54,887 nucleotides of DNA from Catajapyx aquilonaris (taxonomy: Eukaryota): contig KZ538141.1 in NCBI GenBank assembly GCA_000934665.2, positions 62,001 through 116,887 on the forward strand, written 5' to 3'. Below, piece by piece: positions 25,278-39,893 of the stretch (positions are counted from its first letter, which is position 1; each line of letters starts with the position of its first letter). The notes beneath the pieces were generated by a model. That model was not told the DNA's origin, searched no databases, and worked only from the letters and a program-made list of their open reading frames with translations. A program made the translations under genes and the position numbers.

Positions 25278-28200
25278 ATGGGGAAAGAGGACTCGCTGCA
25301 GCACAAGGAGGCGTTTGGCAGCAGGACAGTTCGCTGTGCAGCTGTTCCGGACACGATGTCCGGCAACAATGCAGCCAGCAACAATCCAGCAGCCAGCCTC
25401 GATATGGTGAAGCTGACCCAAGAAGTGTCTCTGCTCAAGACGCAACGGAAGAAGCTGGAAGACGCTCTGCAGGTGTGTACTTGATGCAATCCTCCTTCGT
25501 GTATAATAATATTAAGCAACGTGTTATGATGAGATGGCCGGAAATCAATCGGGGAGGTTTTGTATTCCCGAGGCAAGGTCAAGGGAGAATCGGGCTTGGA
25601 GGCTTCCTAGGCCCCGTGAGAATCCCCCGGGTGTTGTCGATGGGAAGGCATTGGCCTTGTTACGTGACCGCCAAAAATTCACGTGTATGTGCACCTGCTT
25701 CTTCTTCTCAGTTTTTTTTTGAATAAACGAGACTTGTTTGGGCCCATCCCGATGCGCACACTTGAGGGTCCATACTGCATGGAACAAGTTGAGGTCACTG
25801 CGGATAGTCAGCACGAGAGTCAGGAGGATGTGTCGCTACCCCATGCACTCTCCTGCATCTCCGCTTCTCAACAAGAATCTTATTATTCCTCTCTGTTGTT
25901 TTTTTTTAAATGGTTGGTGTAGGCGCTGAGCGATGCAGATCGTCGTAAAGCGTCGGACTTAAGGAGCTGCCACGAGGAGCATCTCAACGAAATGGAGCGG
26001 ACCAAACGAGATGCCAGACAGAGGATGCAGATCCTGGTCAGTTTCTCATTTTTTCAGTCTAATTGGTGCTTTTTTATTTAAAAAAAAAAATGTTCGTGAC
26101 GATGTATTTTCGTCTGGATTGTGCGATAATTGGTGTGGGAAAAGCTCTGTCTAACGATATCAGCTGACTCGGATGATTAGCTAAGGCGGACCACATACGT
26201 TGATTTCTCCCCCTCAATCGAACAATGGAGCTGAGGAAGCGGAAGTTACCCCACAGGTCGTAAAAACCCCTTTGCCCAAAAGCAATCGCTAATTGGAGAT
26301 ATCGTAACTGATGGCAATACAACAGGGCGATGCACTAAGTTCAATGGGGAGTGAACCACCCTGCTGCTGCTATACATTGCCAAATGCGAAATCAGGACAG
26401 TGTCACTTGGTCTCAAAATCAATGTAAATAATTGCCGAATTTATTGCTGGCGGCCCCCCCGTCACGAAGCAATACGTCAAACTTTATAAGCAGTGGACGT
26501 TCACTGTCACTTGACGCTTTGCACTCCAAAATGAGGCCGACCACACCCATCTCACTGTATAGCCGACCACACGCTGCCTTGCATACTATAATATTCCTGG
26601 TGCTTACTGTGTCCCTCGAAGGTCGGGTCAATTGGGACCTGCCCGTAAATGTTGCTTTCCCGGGGAAAGTCAACAGCCTGTAAATAGTTCGCGAGGTTTT
26701 TTAAAAGCTGTCTGTGCTCGCACCTCAATGTTCAGCTCCTTTTTTTTTGTATCCATTAACCTGGAATTCCAAGGGCAGGCGTTGCATACCTGTCAACAGG
26801 CAATTACCACGTTTGGTGCTCGATCGGTAAAACACCGGGGGAGGAAGTGCGCCGGGTCAGAGGTCACGGCCTGTTGGCTAATACTATCATAGAAAAAAAG
26901 CTATATAAACTGATAAATTGTCGCGAAACTAGATATTGACAATTTTAGGACAAATCAATCCGGGCCACATGATGCGATTGTGGTGTTATTTCTCTCTGGA
27001 AAGCGGTGCAAAAAGTACGATAGGGAGAGCAATAAGCATGAGACATGTCGGAATTGGTCCCATTATTGCTGGTCTGTCACCGCAATGAGCCCCCCCCCNC
27101 CCCCATTTTTTACCCCCTTCCCCATCTCTACAGCACTCCTTCCTGGACACTAAAAAATTCTAGCCCGCAGTCATCAAGTCGTGTACCTGAAAGGGAATTC
27201 CCACGAACCAGCAGCCTCTTTCCCTCAGGCCCCCTCCAATACCACCGATAATAATAAAAAGTTGGAGGGGTTTTAGTGGGCTATTCAACTTCTAACGCTT
27301 CGGGTGAGTCTATCAAAAAAAAAAGAAGAGAAAAGAGCCTCTGAAACCGATTCAAAAATGATGCCTGAGTTATTGGTTGGGAAACAGGAAGCCAAGGCAT
27401 GTGTCGACTATTTTTGAGTACTCGGTCGACGCCTCTCAGAGCTTCGAGGCTTGCTGCCAGAAGCTGTGATACCAAGACAAGTGTCACATTTTTTTTCCTT
27501 CTTCTTCTCACGACCAAAACAAATGCAGTCCTTTGGGCAGGGCCCAGAAAAGGTCGCTGACCCTCAGCTACTTTTGGACCATGTTGTTTTGGTATGCCAC
27601 CCACACGACTCATGATTAACAATGTGGCTATTGTTGATGCGGTTCAGATTCGGTGGGGGGTCGGTACTGATCCGAAAATAATTGCAATTGACGGGCATAA
27701 TTATAAGCAGCACCCCGCGGACCTTGGCAATTTTTGCAGGACACTTAATTGCCTGGGGGCAATTACATTATCCGCAAGATAATATCCGGGGCGCAAAAAT
27801 GCCACCGAGCAAGGTGGGTGTGGGTCATTTTCGCATTTTTCGCAGTCCCTTTTGGCCTTGGAATTGGCAACAAGGCAGGGTATGCCACCCTGCCACAATT
27901 GTTTGCACTTTTGTCCATTGCAGGCGTTAAAGAAATTGTAAAGGTCGGGGATTACGGTGGTTCATGCGAGTAATAATTGCACGTGTGCACGTACTGCTAT
28001 TTAGCTTCTTTAATCACTTCCCGAAGGCTAAGTTGGAAAACCTGGGAAAGGTGAACCGGATAGCACTCCGTAATATTATTCTTTTGCAAAACGTGACTTG
28101 CGGTATGGGTTTGGGAGGAGGGGTTTCAGAAGTGGGGGGTGACCTGTGAGGATGGTGCGATTAAAAAAAAAAAAAAAAAACCTTCCCATTGTTATTATTG

Positions 28201-31200
28201 CAGCTGGAATCGCTCAAGACCAAGGACCGGCTGATCGGTCATCTCCAGCAGGAGGTGAAGGTCCAAAAAGCGAAAGCAGAGCAGGTCATGAGGGGTCAGC
28301 AGAGTGGTCAGCAGCCGCAGCCGCAGCGTACTGCTGGAGAGGTCAGTACCCACTACTTAAGGGAAAGGGCCGCCTGACCTTTACAATCAGCCGGTGACAG
28401 GCGTTTAAAATCACAGGGAAAAACCTTGCAGACAACTCGACTATGTTACACCCTGTTGTACGTCGAGGATTTTTTTTTCCTTTGCAAAAAATGCAAACGA
28501 GTATTTTGGGTTGTTCCGCGCCGGACGTGCGGTCGCTTCGTGAGCTTTCTTTGTCGCCAGGCCAATTTTCGGTTCAGTGAACCGCGCACCAGGAAACAGA
28601 TAACAAGTGACCAGGACCTGAAATTGGAAAGAACTGAAAGGTGGATATAGAGGGAAGGGAGACACACTCGAGGGGGAAAACCTGTTATACACACATTGTC
28701 AGAGACGAGCCGAAAAATTTTCTTGCCTTATATCCGTCGGAGGTGTCAGACTGTCAGCAATTGCCAAGTTTTCAGAGACGTCGTGCTAATAGCAACACAT
28801 TTGCATATTCATGTATAAGAAGCAGACAAGTATAACTTTTCGTTGAGGTATAGCAACAGGATGACACCCTGTACCGTATTTGCATGATTGACTGACCAAG
28901 GCCGATTCGGTTAAATTTTTTTAAAGCTTCTGACACCCCCAGATTGAAGTGTGATGTCCAACAGCAGATAATTTAGGCAGTGTTGTTGCGAAAATAATTG
29001 GTGCTTTATACATGACGCAACCCGCAACTCTTACCTTCCTGAAAGCGAATTTTCAATTTTTGACTCGCAATATATTTTTTTGATTGAAAAGCTACACGTG
29101 CGCCGTCCCGTAATGAGAGTCGGTCACGATATACAACCCGACCCCCTCCGATAAAACACAAAACGTGAGATTCCAGACGAAGCCCCCGTGACATTTGTGG
29201 TCATCATCAGAAACTGACGACCTTCCACGACCCTCGACCGCGTGTGTATACCTGGAAGGCTGCACGTGTAACGTAGTACGCCCTTTGGAATGTGTCTCTC
29301 TGCACCAAGCTACATGAAGGGCTCGTGAGAAAATAACTAGAAGCTTCAATCTGAGACAGGATGTGCCCTAGGGAAACTACGTGCTGTTTCATCCAAGACA
29401 AGAGCCCGAGGCTGTACCTCTAACCACTTGTCTAAAGTACAGCCTGGTACGCACCCCAGGTGTACTGCAAAGGACAGAAATTTAGTTCAGAAACTGGTTG
29501 GTTGCAATGTTTTGCATGCATCGAAATCCATATTTTCTACATATCAAAAAAAATTATTGCGCAGCCCTGCTGCTTATTTCTTCAGATCTTGGTCGATCTG
29601 ACCACCCTGTGTTACTAGGAAAACAATGGCCGGAGAAGGGCGGATAAGTGGAGTGGCAATTAAACAGGACAGCCGTGATGACTGCGGTGGAAGACGAGCG
29701 TGATCCCCGATGTTTACAGGATGTACGTAACTGTTGTACGCGGTTTCGCAGGGCACGAGACATACCGCATAACAAGCCCATAGGAACGTTATCGCAGCCA
29801 GAAAGTTTCACAATAGTGTGCACTCCAGTTATACCAAATAACCAGGCCAATTGATCTCGACCGTTTTCTCACACCATTTGCCCATTATACAACCCCTGGC
29901 ATTAAGTTTCACCTGGCCTGCAAGAAAACCATCACGTATGTACCATAAATGAAATAGCGGTGTGTACTGCTTTCGCCAACTTCCCAATTTGTAGGTGGCC
30001 GCCTCATTTTTTTCCTTCTTATTATTAATTTTTAGTAAGAAAGAAAATGTCATTGTTACGGGTCATTGTTGTAATAGGGTTGGGATCTGGGTCAGGACGG
30101 GCGCGGAGAACCGGTCCTGGTCGTTGGTATACTGTGCGGTGTGTCTATGATGGGGGTCTCTCTCGATAGACAGGTCTGGTCTCTTGGAATGGGTCCGGTG
30201 TCGACCGGAAAGACCGCTTTCCAAAAAGGAGTTCGAGGGATCGTCTTCCAAGAAATCTCATTCCATATAGGGACACACACACAGTATATCTATATAGGGT
30301 GGTCGCTTTCTCCGTTTTGTAAAACTTACACCCGATTATGAGCTTGTGAATCAATCCTAGCTGTAACACTATAGGGGTTAACAACATTGAATCCGGTGCA
30401 CGCGTGGGAATGAAAAATCAGGCTTCACACACTCGTAACATCAAAAATCATGTGTACAAACTGGCTCCAAATCACCTAAATCTGCATATAAAAGGCAAAG
30501 TTTGTTGGTTTGTTTGTCCAAGTTTCGCCATGGAAACAGAGTGTCGTGTGAAGAACGGGCTCCTCTGCTAGAGCTACAGTAATATTAATATAATCCACAC
30601 ACGATTAGGAAACGATTAAACCCCATATTTTTAATGCCACATTCAGGTCATGCCCCCCCTATTTATCACCCCCAAAAAATATACAGCCTTATCCTTGAAA
30701 GCACACACACACATGATTATTTTACCGCCACTTTCTGGCGGGTGTTAATCGCTATATATTTACGACTCCCTGAGGGAGGGAAAAAAAGAGGTTTGTCAGT
30801 TCGACGGGAACCAGTCTATGTGAAAACTGTGCTCAAATAAAATATATATAAAAAACATTTGTCTAATTCCGACATGCAATAGCCGCGGTTTTAAAGCCGG
30901 AAAAACAGTGGATCTGACGCATGCGCAGTGAGCTTCCTTTCACCTTGCCTACCTGTTGCTGCAAGTTTTTTTTTTTTCATTTCTTTATTTCTTTTTTTCT
31001 GTGAGGGGGTAGCTTATTCACCTGTACGGCTTACCCCTGGACCATTCATTCGGCGGGTGAAAAGGAGGCCCGCCGCAGTCTATTCTTGTCCCAACCATTG
31101 TTTTCGTGATGAGCAGTGATAACGCGATGTGACAATGTTCGTTGGACACAACTATGCGTAAGTACATTCATTTTTTTAGACGGCGCGTGTGAATCGGGTT

Positions 31201-34200
31201 GACCTGTGGCTCCTTGAATATTTTTATATATGAATAGGAACATTGGCTCGATTTTTGGATGTAAAGGACTAGAAGAAAAAAAAAACGCAAACGGTGTAAA
31301 GAGAGAGAGAGAGTTCCGGGCGACATTGTTGCCTTGAAGTGCACTTGACAAATAGTCCGTGTCAGGCAGCGTTCTGAGGAATGCTGCCCTGTTTTTAACC
31401 CGGAGCGACCCCGAGGGGTCTGCTGGAATGTGTGTAAAAAAAAATACAAAGTAGCACTATGGTTCATGTCACGTTCTTCAAATTGTTTGGAGTTGTTTCC
31501 GCTCTTTTTTTTTACACCTGATCTCAAAACGAATTTGATTACAATTCTCACTCAAAAATGAACTGAAAAGCAAAGGTCAACTACAGAAAGATTTTTTTGA
31601 GAGAGAGAGAACAACTTGATTGGCCAAATTGTTGCCACCATGAAGTAATGGTTACTTCACCGACGTTACAACTAGGAATAAATTACCATATTTTAAGAGG
31701 ACAAAGTTAAGGCGACGACGATTCGTGGGTGGTTGCCCTAAATTGATGTCGTGGCTCTTAAAACCAAGGACAATAACATCACACCTGTTCTCTTCTTTTT
31801 TTTTGCCTATTTTCTCTCTCGCACTTTTCTCTCTCTAGCTGTGGGTGTGTGTGCTGATGTAGATTCATGCATTCCTGTCGGAAAAATCCGTCACGTGCAA
31901 CGCACACGCGTCCACTTAATGGATTCTTTTTTGCAAGGACATGTCACGCCGCGTTTGTGCTGCAAAATAATTATTTTTTTCCTCGGGCGAACGTGTAGGT
32001 CGTTGGTATATAATCGACGAATTTGCTGCGTTTCTAGAACACATGTTGGGGTGATTTTGTGGCACAAGAGGAGGAACTGCTGGAGAAAAAAAATTTATAT
32101 ACGTAATTGTTTTCCGCTTGCATTTCTCATCGTGGGGCAAATGCATCACGGACGAGTCGTAAACAACTCATTAAACTGCCTTCAGTCCATAAACCTCTGT
32201 GATTCTTGGAGAGTGGAAAGGATGATGATGGCCGTCCTCCTCTTCTCGATCCTACATATGCCTTAAAAGTACTTCCACATTCATGTCATGCTGTTCAATG
32301 CCGCGTGTCAACCAGGAAATGCATTGTTTTCCAGTCAATAATATCGCTTGCACTTTTGGCATGTCGCAATTGAGCCGTTTTCAGCTACTGATGAAATGCG
32401 ATATGGTGTGTGAAGTAAGTGTATAAGGTTACAAAGTGCGTCAACTTCCCTTAGTTGGTGGTCATGACTAAATTCAATAACAAGGTTGAAATTAATATGC
32501 AAATTTTTATTCATATATTGACGCAGGTTGTGGACGTTCCAAGGTTTAATTTCGTGCCAATTTGTTGCAAATTTGGCAGCGGAATATAGTGGAAGTTGCT
32601 CATTATGGCTCGGTAATAAACTCTGGAGATAACTGTGAGGACATTGGTGATATGGAAGAAACCGAAAGGAGAAATTAACCACATTTTCGAAGCTTTCGTT
32701 TCTGTGTTTTTCTCCCTGGAAATTCCAGGAATGCGGAGACTGAGCAAACGTCATTCCTTCAACACACTTACAACAAACAAAACAAAAAGGTGTCGGAAAC
32801 AGTCAATTCCTTGTCAATCAAGGTGTGCAATCGAGGAAGGTTATAAGGTGTGCGAATTCGCATAACTCTAGTGGGTCACTTGATCAGTGACCATCGTTTT
32901 GTGGCTCATCCCCTGGAGGCCTCGTGCACATAACGGTACGGGTACAACCCTAGTCCGCAACAACACAGAGCCGACTTTTCTGGTTTTCACTTTGTCAGTA
33001 TACCAGGTCGACCAACAAGCAGGACTCTTTTTATTCAGAGAGAGAGACACGTCTTCCTTATTAAAAATCTACCGATATCACACCAAATAACAATAACTAA
33101 CAACGCCGCAGCACGCAACTCTCGTGCCTTCGAGTCATTAGGATTTTTTTTTTCTCCCACATGAAAACGTTCGCCGATTGTTGTGGCGCAACCTCTTTAG
33201 ACAGGATGGATCCCATTGTTTTATTTTTTTTGTACGTGCAAAAGAGCCGCTTGTACGGTACTGTACTTGCAGTTTTTAGGAGCGATTGTCCGCAGGTTGA
33301 TTACTGGTTCGAAATGTTGAACATACAGTACAGTGACGTCGTATACTCGAAATCATGTTGATAATCATAATTTGGCCATCAGTTATAAGTGAGGCCACAA
33401 CCGCAACAATGGCAATGCATGCACGTGTATAGGTATTCACAATACATATTTTGTCAGTAATTCGTGTTGATACACCCTGGCCTGTAGAAAGTGTATTTAT
33501 TTATGAAAATCCACTTTCTTTAAAAACGATTCCGACAAGCGCATTGTTGGCAAACTCGTCGCTTCTCTCATTCACTTTACTGTACTTTGCTTCTTCTTTT
33601 TTTTGCGCAAATAAAAGCAGACGGTACATGAGCCTTGATCGCGAATGAGTTACGGTGGTAGCACATGCAGTACACTTCCTCCGCCACAAAGTGACACAAA
33701 TACTACTCTACGTGGGAAAGCCTTTACAAATTATTTTATTTGCAGAGACGACCATGCAATTTGGGCTTCCTTTTTTTCCTTCTTCTTCTTTTGGCGACAA
33801 TTGCACGTAGACACACGCTCAGTTAGTTGCACTTCCACAGTCTTAACCAGGTCCACGGAGGAGCAAGTGCTGTGTTGATTTATGTCCGTGTTATCAACTT
33901 TGGCGAATTATTTCAATTTTAAATGATTGGCTTTTTTTCTGTGTGTTTTCCAGGCATTGAAGAGTGAATGTTTTGGTCGCGAGAAGGAAGTTCGACGCCT
34001 GCAAGAGCAAGTGATCCACTGCCACGACGCCATGCGACGCCTGGAGGAGCACAAGAGGGAGCTGGTCAGTCTACTTTTTCTTCTTCTTCTTCTTGTCTGC
34101 ATGACGAAACATCATGTATACGATGATATTTGTAATAAAAAAGGCACGAATTGAGTGGATGACACCATGGGATTTATGGTCCAAGCTCAGCAGCCAAATC

Positions 34201-37200
34201 CGTTCCGTTCGGATTATTTTCCCACAGGAACCAACCTTTTTTTTAAAATGTCGCGTCCAAATATCCGATGGCCCGAGAATTAGGTAAAACCTCCACAGAA
34301 TTTTTGTGGGACCTAGGGAAAAAAACCGCCACCATTTCTAGCCCTGCGGTATGTTTTGCGCAATCGATGTAACAAGGTGACCTAACCAGCTGGGTGGACA
34401 ACACTTTTTTTTATATCGTGTACAATGTACGTAGGCGAACCCGTACAATGCAGACATGTCGCGCTGATTATGTCAGTGTCGGTTGAAAGTGTGCAGGTGT
34501 GTGGCCTACAAACTCCGATTGCCACATCGGGTGTGTATGTACCGATATGTCACACAGGCGGAAACAGAAGGCTATTGGCAGCATCCAGGGGGTTGCACTT
34601 GACCCACCAATTGGGCAGGGCTAATTAGGGTCCTGGCCTCTAGCGGAACGGGGTCAACACCGCAGCAGCAGCCAGCACCGTTTTGTTCTGTTGTTTTCCT
34701 CTCGAACAAACACGCCCATTGAATCATCGGACAGAAAGAACAAGGTGCTCCACATAATATTGTCCCATTGCAGCAGCAACGGGCTGTTTATCACCAACTG
34801 GCAGCAGCATATAAGATTGGAGCACCCAAAAACACCAGGGCTTTCCTTTCACCCAAAAGATTACCACCTGAGGAATCGAGGTTTCTAGGCTAACAGCTAA
34901 AGGAGCCAAGTGCTGCTGCTGGGAAGGAAACATTCCACAGGCTTCCATACAAGCCTCCTACTTAATAAACTTACCTGGTGGGCCAGTAATTAAAGGCTGA
35001 CCTTATGGGTCTTGATCTTGACTCTTGGCCAACTCAAGGTCTGTTGAGTTGCCAACTGGGAAGGACCATCTATGCTAATCAACTGGAACCGTTCTCCTCT
35101 TGTTATGGTGCGGTTTTTTTTTAAAGTGGGCCAAATGCATTACGCGTGTGGGGTTGTGGGCACCTGAGAATCAAGTGCTCGTTACCACCTGTGGAAGCAA
35201 ATTCTTGCTGTTGTGTAATAATGTTATTGGTCTTGCATATTTTTCATGGCGGTTGGGTTGCGAAAGAACCCCTGCAGGGGACACTTATCGAGTGCACCAG
35301 CAAAGAGATCGTAAAGTTTACGGCTGCATCGCATTTTGCTAACTATAGAGCATTGTTGAGTAGACGTAACTAGAAATTGAGTATAGACGTAACTTTTAAA
35401 AGTGACAGTAAATGTGAAGTTGCAAAATTGTTAATTAGAAATTTCAATGCCTCTGTGTCCAGACAATTTTTCCAGACAACAGCACTTACATTTACATTAT
35501 TGTGCGCTTAAAATGAGCTCGGTTAATTTAAGAAATTAACTAGAATTGTAAATTGTCCTGTTCAGCGGTTGGAATATAACAAACTGCGATAGAAAGTATT
35601 TTTGTCATTTTTTTGTTCGAATGTCATTTTTAGTAATTACGAATTATTATTTTTTTGCATCGAATAACTGTAGCTTAACTAGCTACTTTTATGCTTCCGA
35701 AACTTTGTTAATTAGCATCGGAACTGACTAATGGTATTTTTTTTAAAAAGTTTTCAAACCAGAAGCCATTACTTGAACAATTTGTCAAGCAAGCATTAAT
35801 GGTCGTGTTGTGTAATAACTTTACAGAAATCTTGATACAAGAACATTTGTTCCAATAAATTGAGCAACATACCGGTTGTTTAAAAATCATACTGCTGGTT
35901 TGACCAGGTTTTATCATAATAAATTTATGGCCTTTGGGTGGTCAGGTGTATAGGATATGGAAAACAAAAAATGACAGATGAAAAATGAAAGTGTTTTTAT
36001 GCCGTGCATAAATCTCAGTATATGAGTTCGTGACTGCTCGAAACCCATAAGTGTGAGTTATTATCCTCTTCCCGAAGCTTCGATAATGGTCTCCGCCATA
36101 TGCAAGTGTGCAAAAAAAAAGTGCGTGGAATTACTTGTGCGAAAATGGGTCAACTCAGCTATACATTTCCTAATCAAGTCGAGCATGATGTTGCGCCAAA
36201 AGAAGAGGTATGAGCAAGAATTTTTTTTGCACAAGAACATCCCGTGATTCATCGGAACTTAGATTTGCACAATTATGCCAATTTGCCAATTTAGACTGTT
36301 CACCTTAGCAACTAATCGGGTTGTTTTCTTTCATCAGGTGATTATCTTTACAAGTTCGTTACAAAGCGTCCGAGATAATGTTCCCGTTTAGACTTTACAA
36401 CATGTGCTGACTTTTCCTTCAGCTTTGGGAAAAATCCTGCGAAAATAAGCACCTCTCCATTATTTTGCGAATGATAACAGACGGGGTCGTTAGGGAATTG
36501 GGCCAGTCGTTTATCCCGATAAAGGAACTTGCGCGAATATGTCTATGAAGGAAAAAAAAATTAGGGTTACCATAACAATAGAACTGGTTCCTAAACACAC
36601 ACTCAGGACACTCAACCTAGTGCACGCCCACATGCGAAAAAAAATTTGCGAATTGAGGGTCGCGAATAATCCCTCCCACGATTCTGAATAGAGAGAAAAT
36701 TGGGGGAATGGTCGTGAGCGAAGGCTAATCATTTGGGCGGACATTGAGGAATCCTCTCTCTGGGTTTATTCCCACCAAAACACCGCCGAAGATTGCTGTC
36801 ACCTCCTCACGTTTTTTTCTTGCGAATCATCCACGGTGTTGCCATAATTTGCCAATAATTTTTTATTGCACTTTTTTTTAAAATTTCCAGACCCGTCGGC
36901 TGAGCGAGGTTGAGAGTGGTCAGGCCCCCTTAAGACACAAGAGCAGGCACATGGCGGTCAGAAACATGCAGCTAAGCACGCAGAACAACAGACTTCAAGC
37001 AACCTTACGACAACTGAAGCAGGAAAATGCACGTCTTGTAAGTCACCCTCTGCGTCATGATCTGGATACTGTTGATCCCCAATTTGCGGCAAGTTGGGTA
37101 ATTGTTACAAGTGGAAGTTTTTTTTTTATTTAAAAAAGGTGCTGACCGCATACCGTGTCCAACGGCCTGGAATCTCTGTGTGTATGGGGGGCTCTCCATA

Positions 37201-39819
37201 TACATCGCACTTTTTTTTTATTTCGTTGGACTTAGTGTAGCGGAAAGCCTGTTTTTCATGCTGGAGACAACAGTGTGGTGAGGCTGTGGGGGATGGGTGG
37301 AGATGGGGCACATCCTGTTATGTACGGTACCTGCGGTTGTAGGTACAACAGCAGGTTGTTCCCAGGTTCGGTCGTGATGGGACGGACTCCTCTTCCTCTC
37401 TTGCTAGGTGCTGGACAGTGCTCGAGTTGTTTGTGTGCGTGCGTTGTGCGTGACCCATTCGAGTGAAATTTTTTGAGGTTGACGCACCACTAATTTTCTG
37501 GCCCGCGCGTTAATCACGTTACACCTCGTGGGAATTCCGGCGGCTCAAATTTTATTGCATGCCGCACCTAAAGGAAGTGGATTTACTTTCGCTTCATTTG
37601 TTGGATATTCAAATTCGACAAATTCTGCTCGAATAATACCACAAGCACTGTTGTGTCCCACAGAAGAGTGAGAGCAACAGTCGTGGAAGCAGCACTGGTC
37701 CATCAGGATGCCTGATCCGGCCTTCTTCCTCGGCGAGCTGCCCCGGGGCCAGCATCACCCCAGCCCCCAGCAGAAGTCCCACCCCACACCTTATTACTGA
37801 ACCCCACGAAACCACCCCCTCCACCAGCACCAACCGAAGCAACCTGAGGTCACTTCTGGCAGAGAGAGACAGAACCATCGCTGCCCTCAAAGAGGAAGCT
37901 AAGGTCAGCATCAATTTGACCCACCCAAGTTTGGCTTATCTTGAACAGGTTGAATTGGCCAAATCATTATTCGCACACGGTTGTGGTACACATACGTGTA
38001 TGCAAAAAAAAATTAAACCGTTAGCCTACTGGCCCCTAGTCAAGTGAAGGTGGTCGTGTGCTACTCACTCGGACACGTTGGCAAAAATTCTTCAGGGAGG
38101 AGGGAATGTTCGCGAATCTTCTCTGCACTTTTTTTTTGAGCCGCTACACTGCTTTTTCCACCCAGTTAATACCCTCTTTATTTGCAGGAACGAGACCGAA
38201 AGTTGGAGCAATTGCAGCTTGCCATAGAGCAAAAGGTCAGTTGCACGATCGCATTTTTTTTCTCTCGCAAATATGTGCTGCAACCACAATGTCACTGCCA
38301 ACAATGTAGATGACACTGGTTGCAGCAATTTGTTCCAAGTTCAATTTGCTCAAGGGCTGAAAAAATTGCAACTTTTTAGTCGTGTTTCCTCTCCCTTCGC
38401 GGCCATGGATTGTTTGCCATCACGACTTTAGCAAAACTGGTTCCGTTCCGATGCGTTTCGGAAATGCAATTCGCGTGATCAGATCCGAGCAGGAACAGGC
38501 TCCTTTAAGAAAGGAAAAAAAAATTATAATAAAAGAACCGGCCCTGCTGGTAGACTTCCGCCAAATTACGCGTACAATTTTTGCGTCTCGGAACCGCATC
38601 CGCAAAAAAAATGAAGAGAACCGGTTCGAAAAATTTCACCCCCATCGTTTGGTCGTGATAGTTTCCTTATTACTGTTTTTAGATGCGGATACTTTATTTG
38701 ATTGTAATTTGCATTTGCACGGCACAGAAACTGGGCAAGACGCACTGCCGGGTGTGACCATGTTTGGGGGTGATTCTATACGCCCAATCCAAACACCGGC
38801 AGCGACCCTTGCGGCAGGAAAGGCAAACAAAAAGTCGCGGACACAGTGCGACAATCTTTTTGTGTGTTATAGTACACTACAGGGTTCAAGCACTTGAATG
38901 CCATGTCTGGCAAGTGAACCCGGTCCGGACCGGGTCCAAAATGACCGGCAATTGCGCAACTAGTCTAGCCTCTTGTTATTGTCGTTAAAAAAGGGGGAAA
39001 GGCATATAAATTCCGGGCGGTCTGTCGTTCACCACACCCAGGCATATACGTGTGATGTGTGTATAAGAGTGAGGATAGAGATAGAAGGAATGATTTTGGA
39101 AAGTGGTCCTCCTGATTGGGTTAAGTAGTAAAAAGGGAAAGGCGCGCCATCAGTATTTATACAGACAGGCCAGCGTACGTTGCACTTGGTTTGGTTCTCT
39201 ATCTGGTGGCCTGCTGGGCAAAACGATGGGTTGGGCCAGTGGTGGAAAGAAGCGCGTCCAGGTGAAGACGAGTTGAGTGAGTGACCATAGAGCGTTGGAA
39301 GAAGAAGCGCGAAAGTGGACGAGCCCTACATTGCGGTTGATAACCTGAACCATCATCAGGAAGCCCACTTTTTCTAATCGTTTGTTGCTGGGGCTGCAAG
39401 GTGCGGCTGGTCTCTTCTAGAGTTGATAACATATATGCAATTGTATTGGAAGGTGGATCTCTCATCACCACCGTGGTGTTGTCTTTTGTCGCAGGAATCG
39501 GAGCAACCGGCTGCATCTGAAGTGGTGCCGGTACAGGCGGAGGTCGAAGCAACGAATGAGGACGATTCGTCGTCGACTAACTCGACCAATACTTCTTTTT
39601 CTACGAAACTATCAAACGACTCCAGTCACTGGAACGAGGTGCGTATATAGCAGCACACTGAGCACGCACATCCGTCATAAACAATTATTCATGTTGTATA
39701 CAAATAAGGGCAGTACTGCATGAAGAACATATCGCAAAATCTATTCAAATGATTGTCGGAATAGCTAACATACTTAGCAACACAATAACAGCAACTCTTG
39801 CAGCAAAATTAATCAGTGT

Positions 39820-39893
<74 letters not shown>

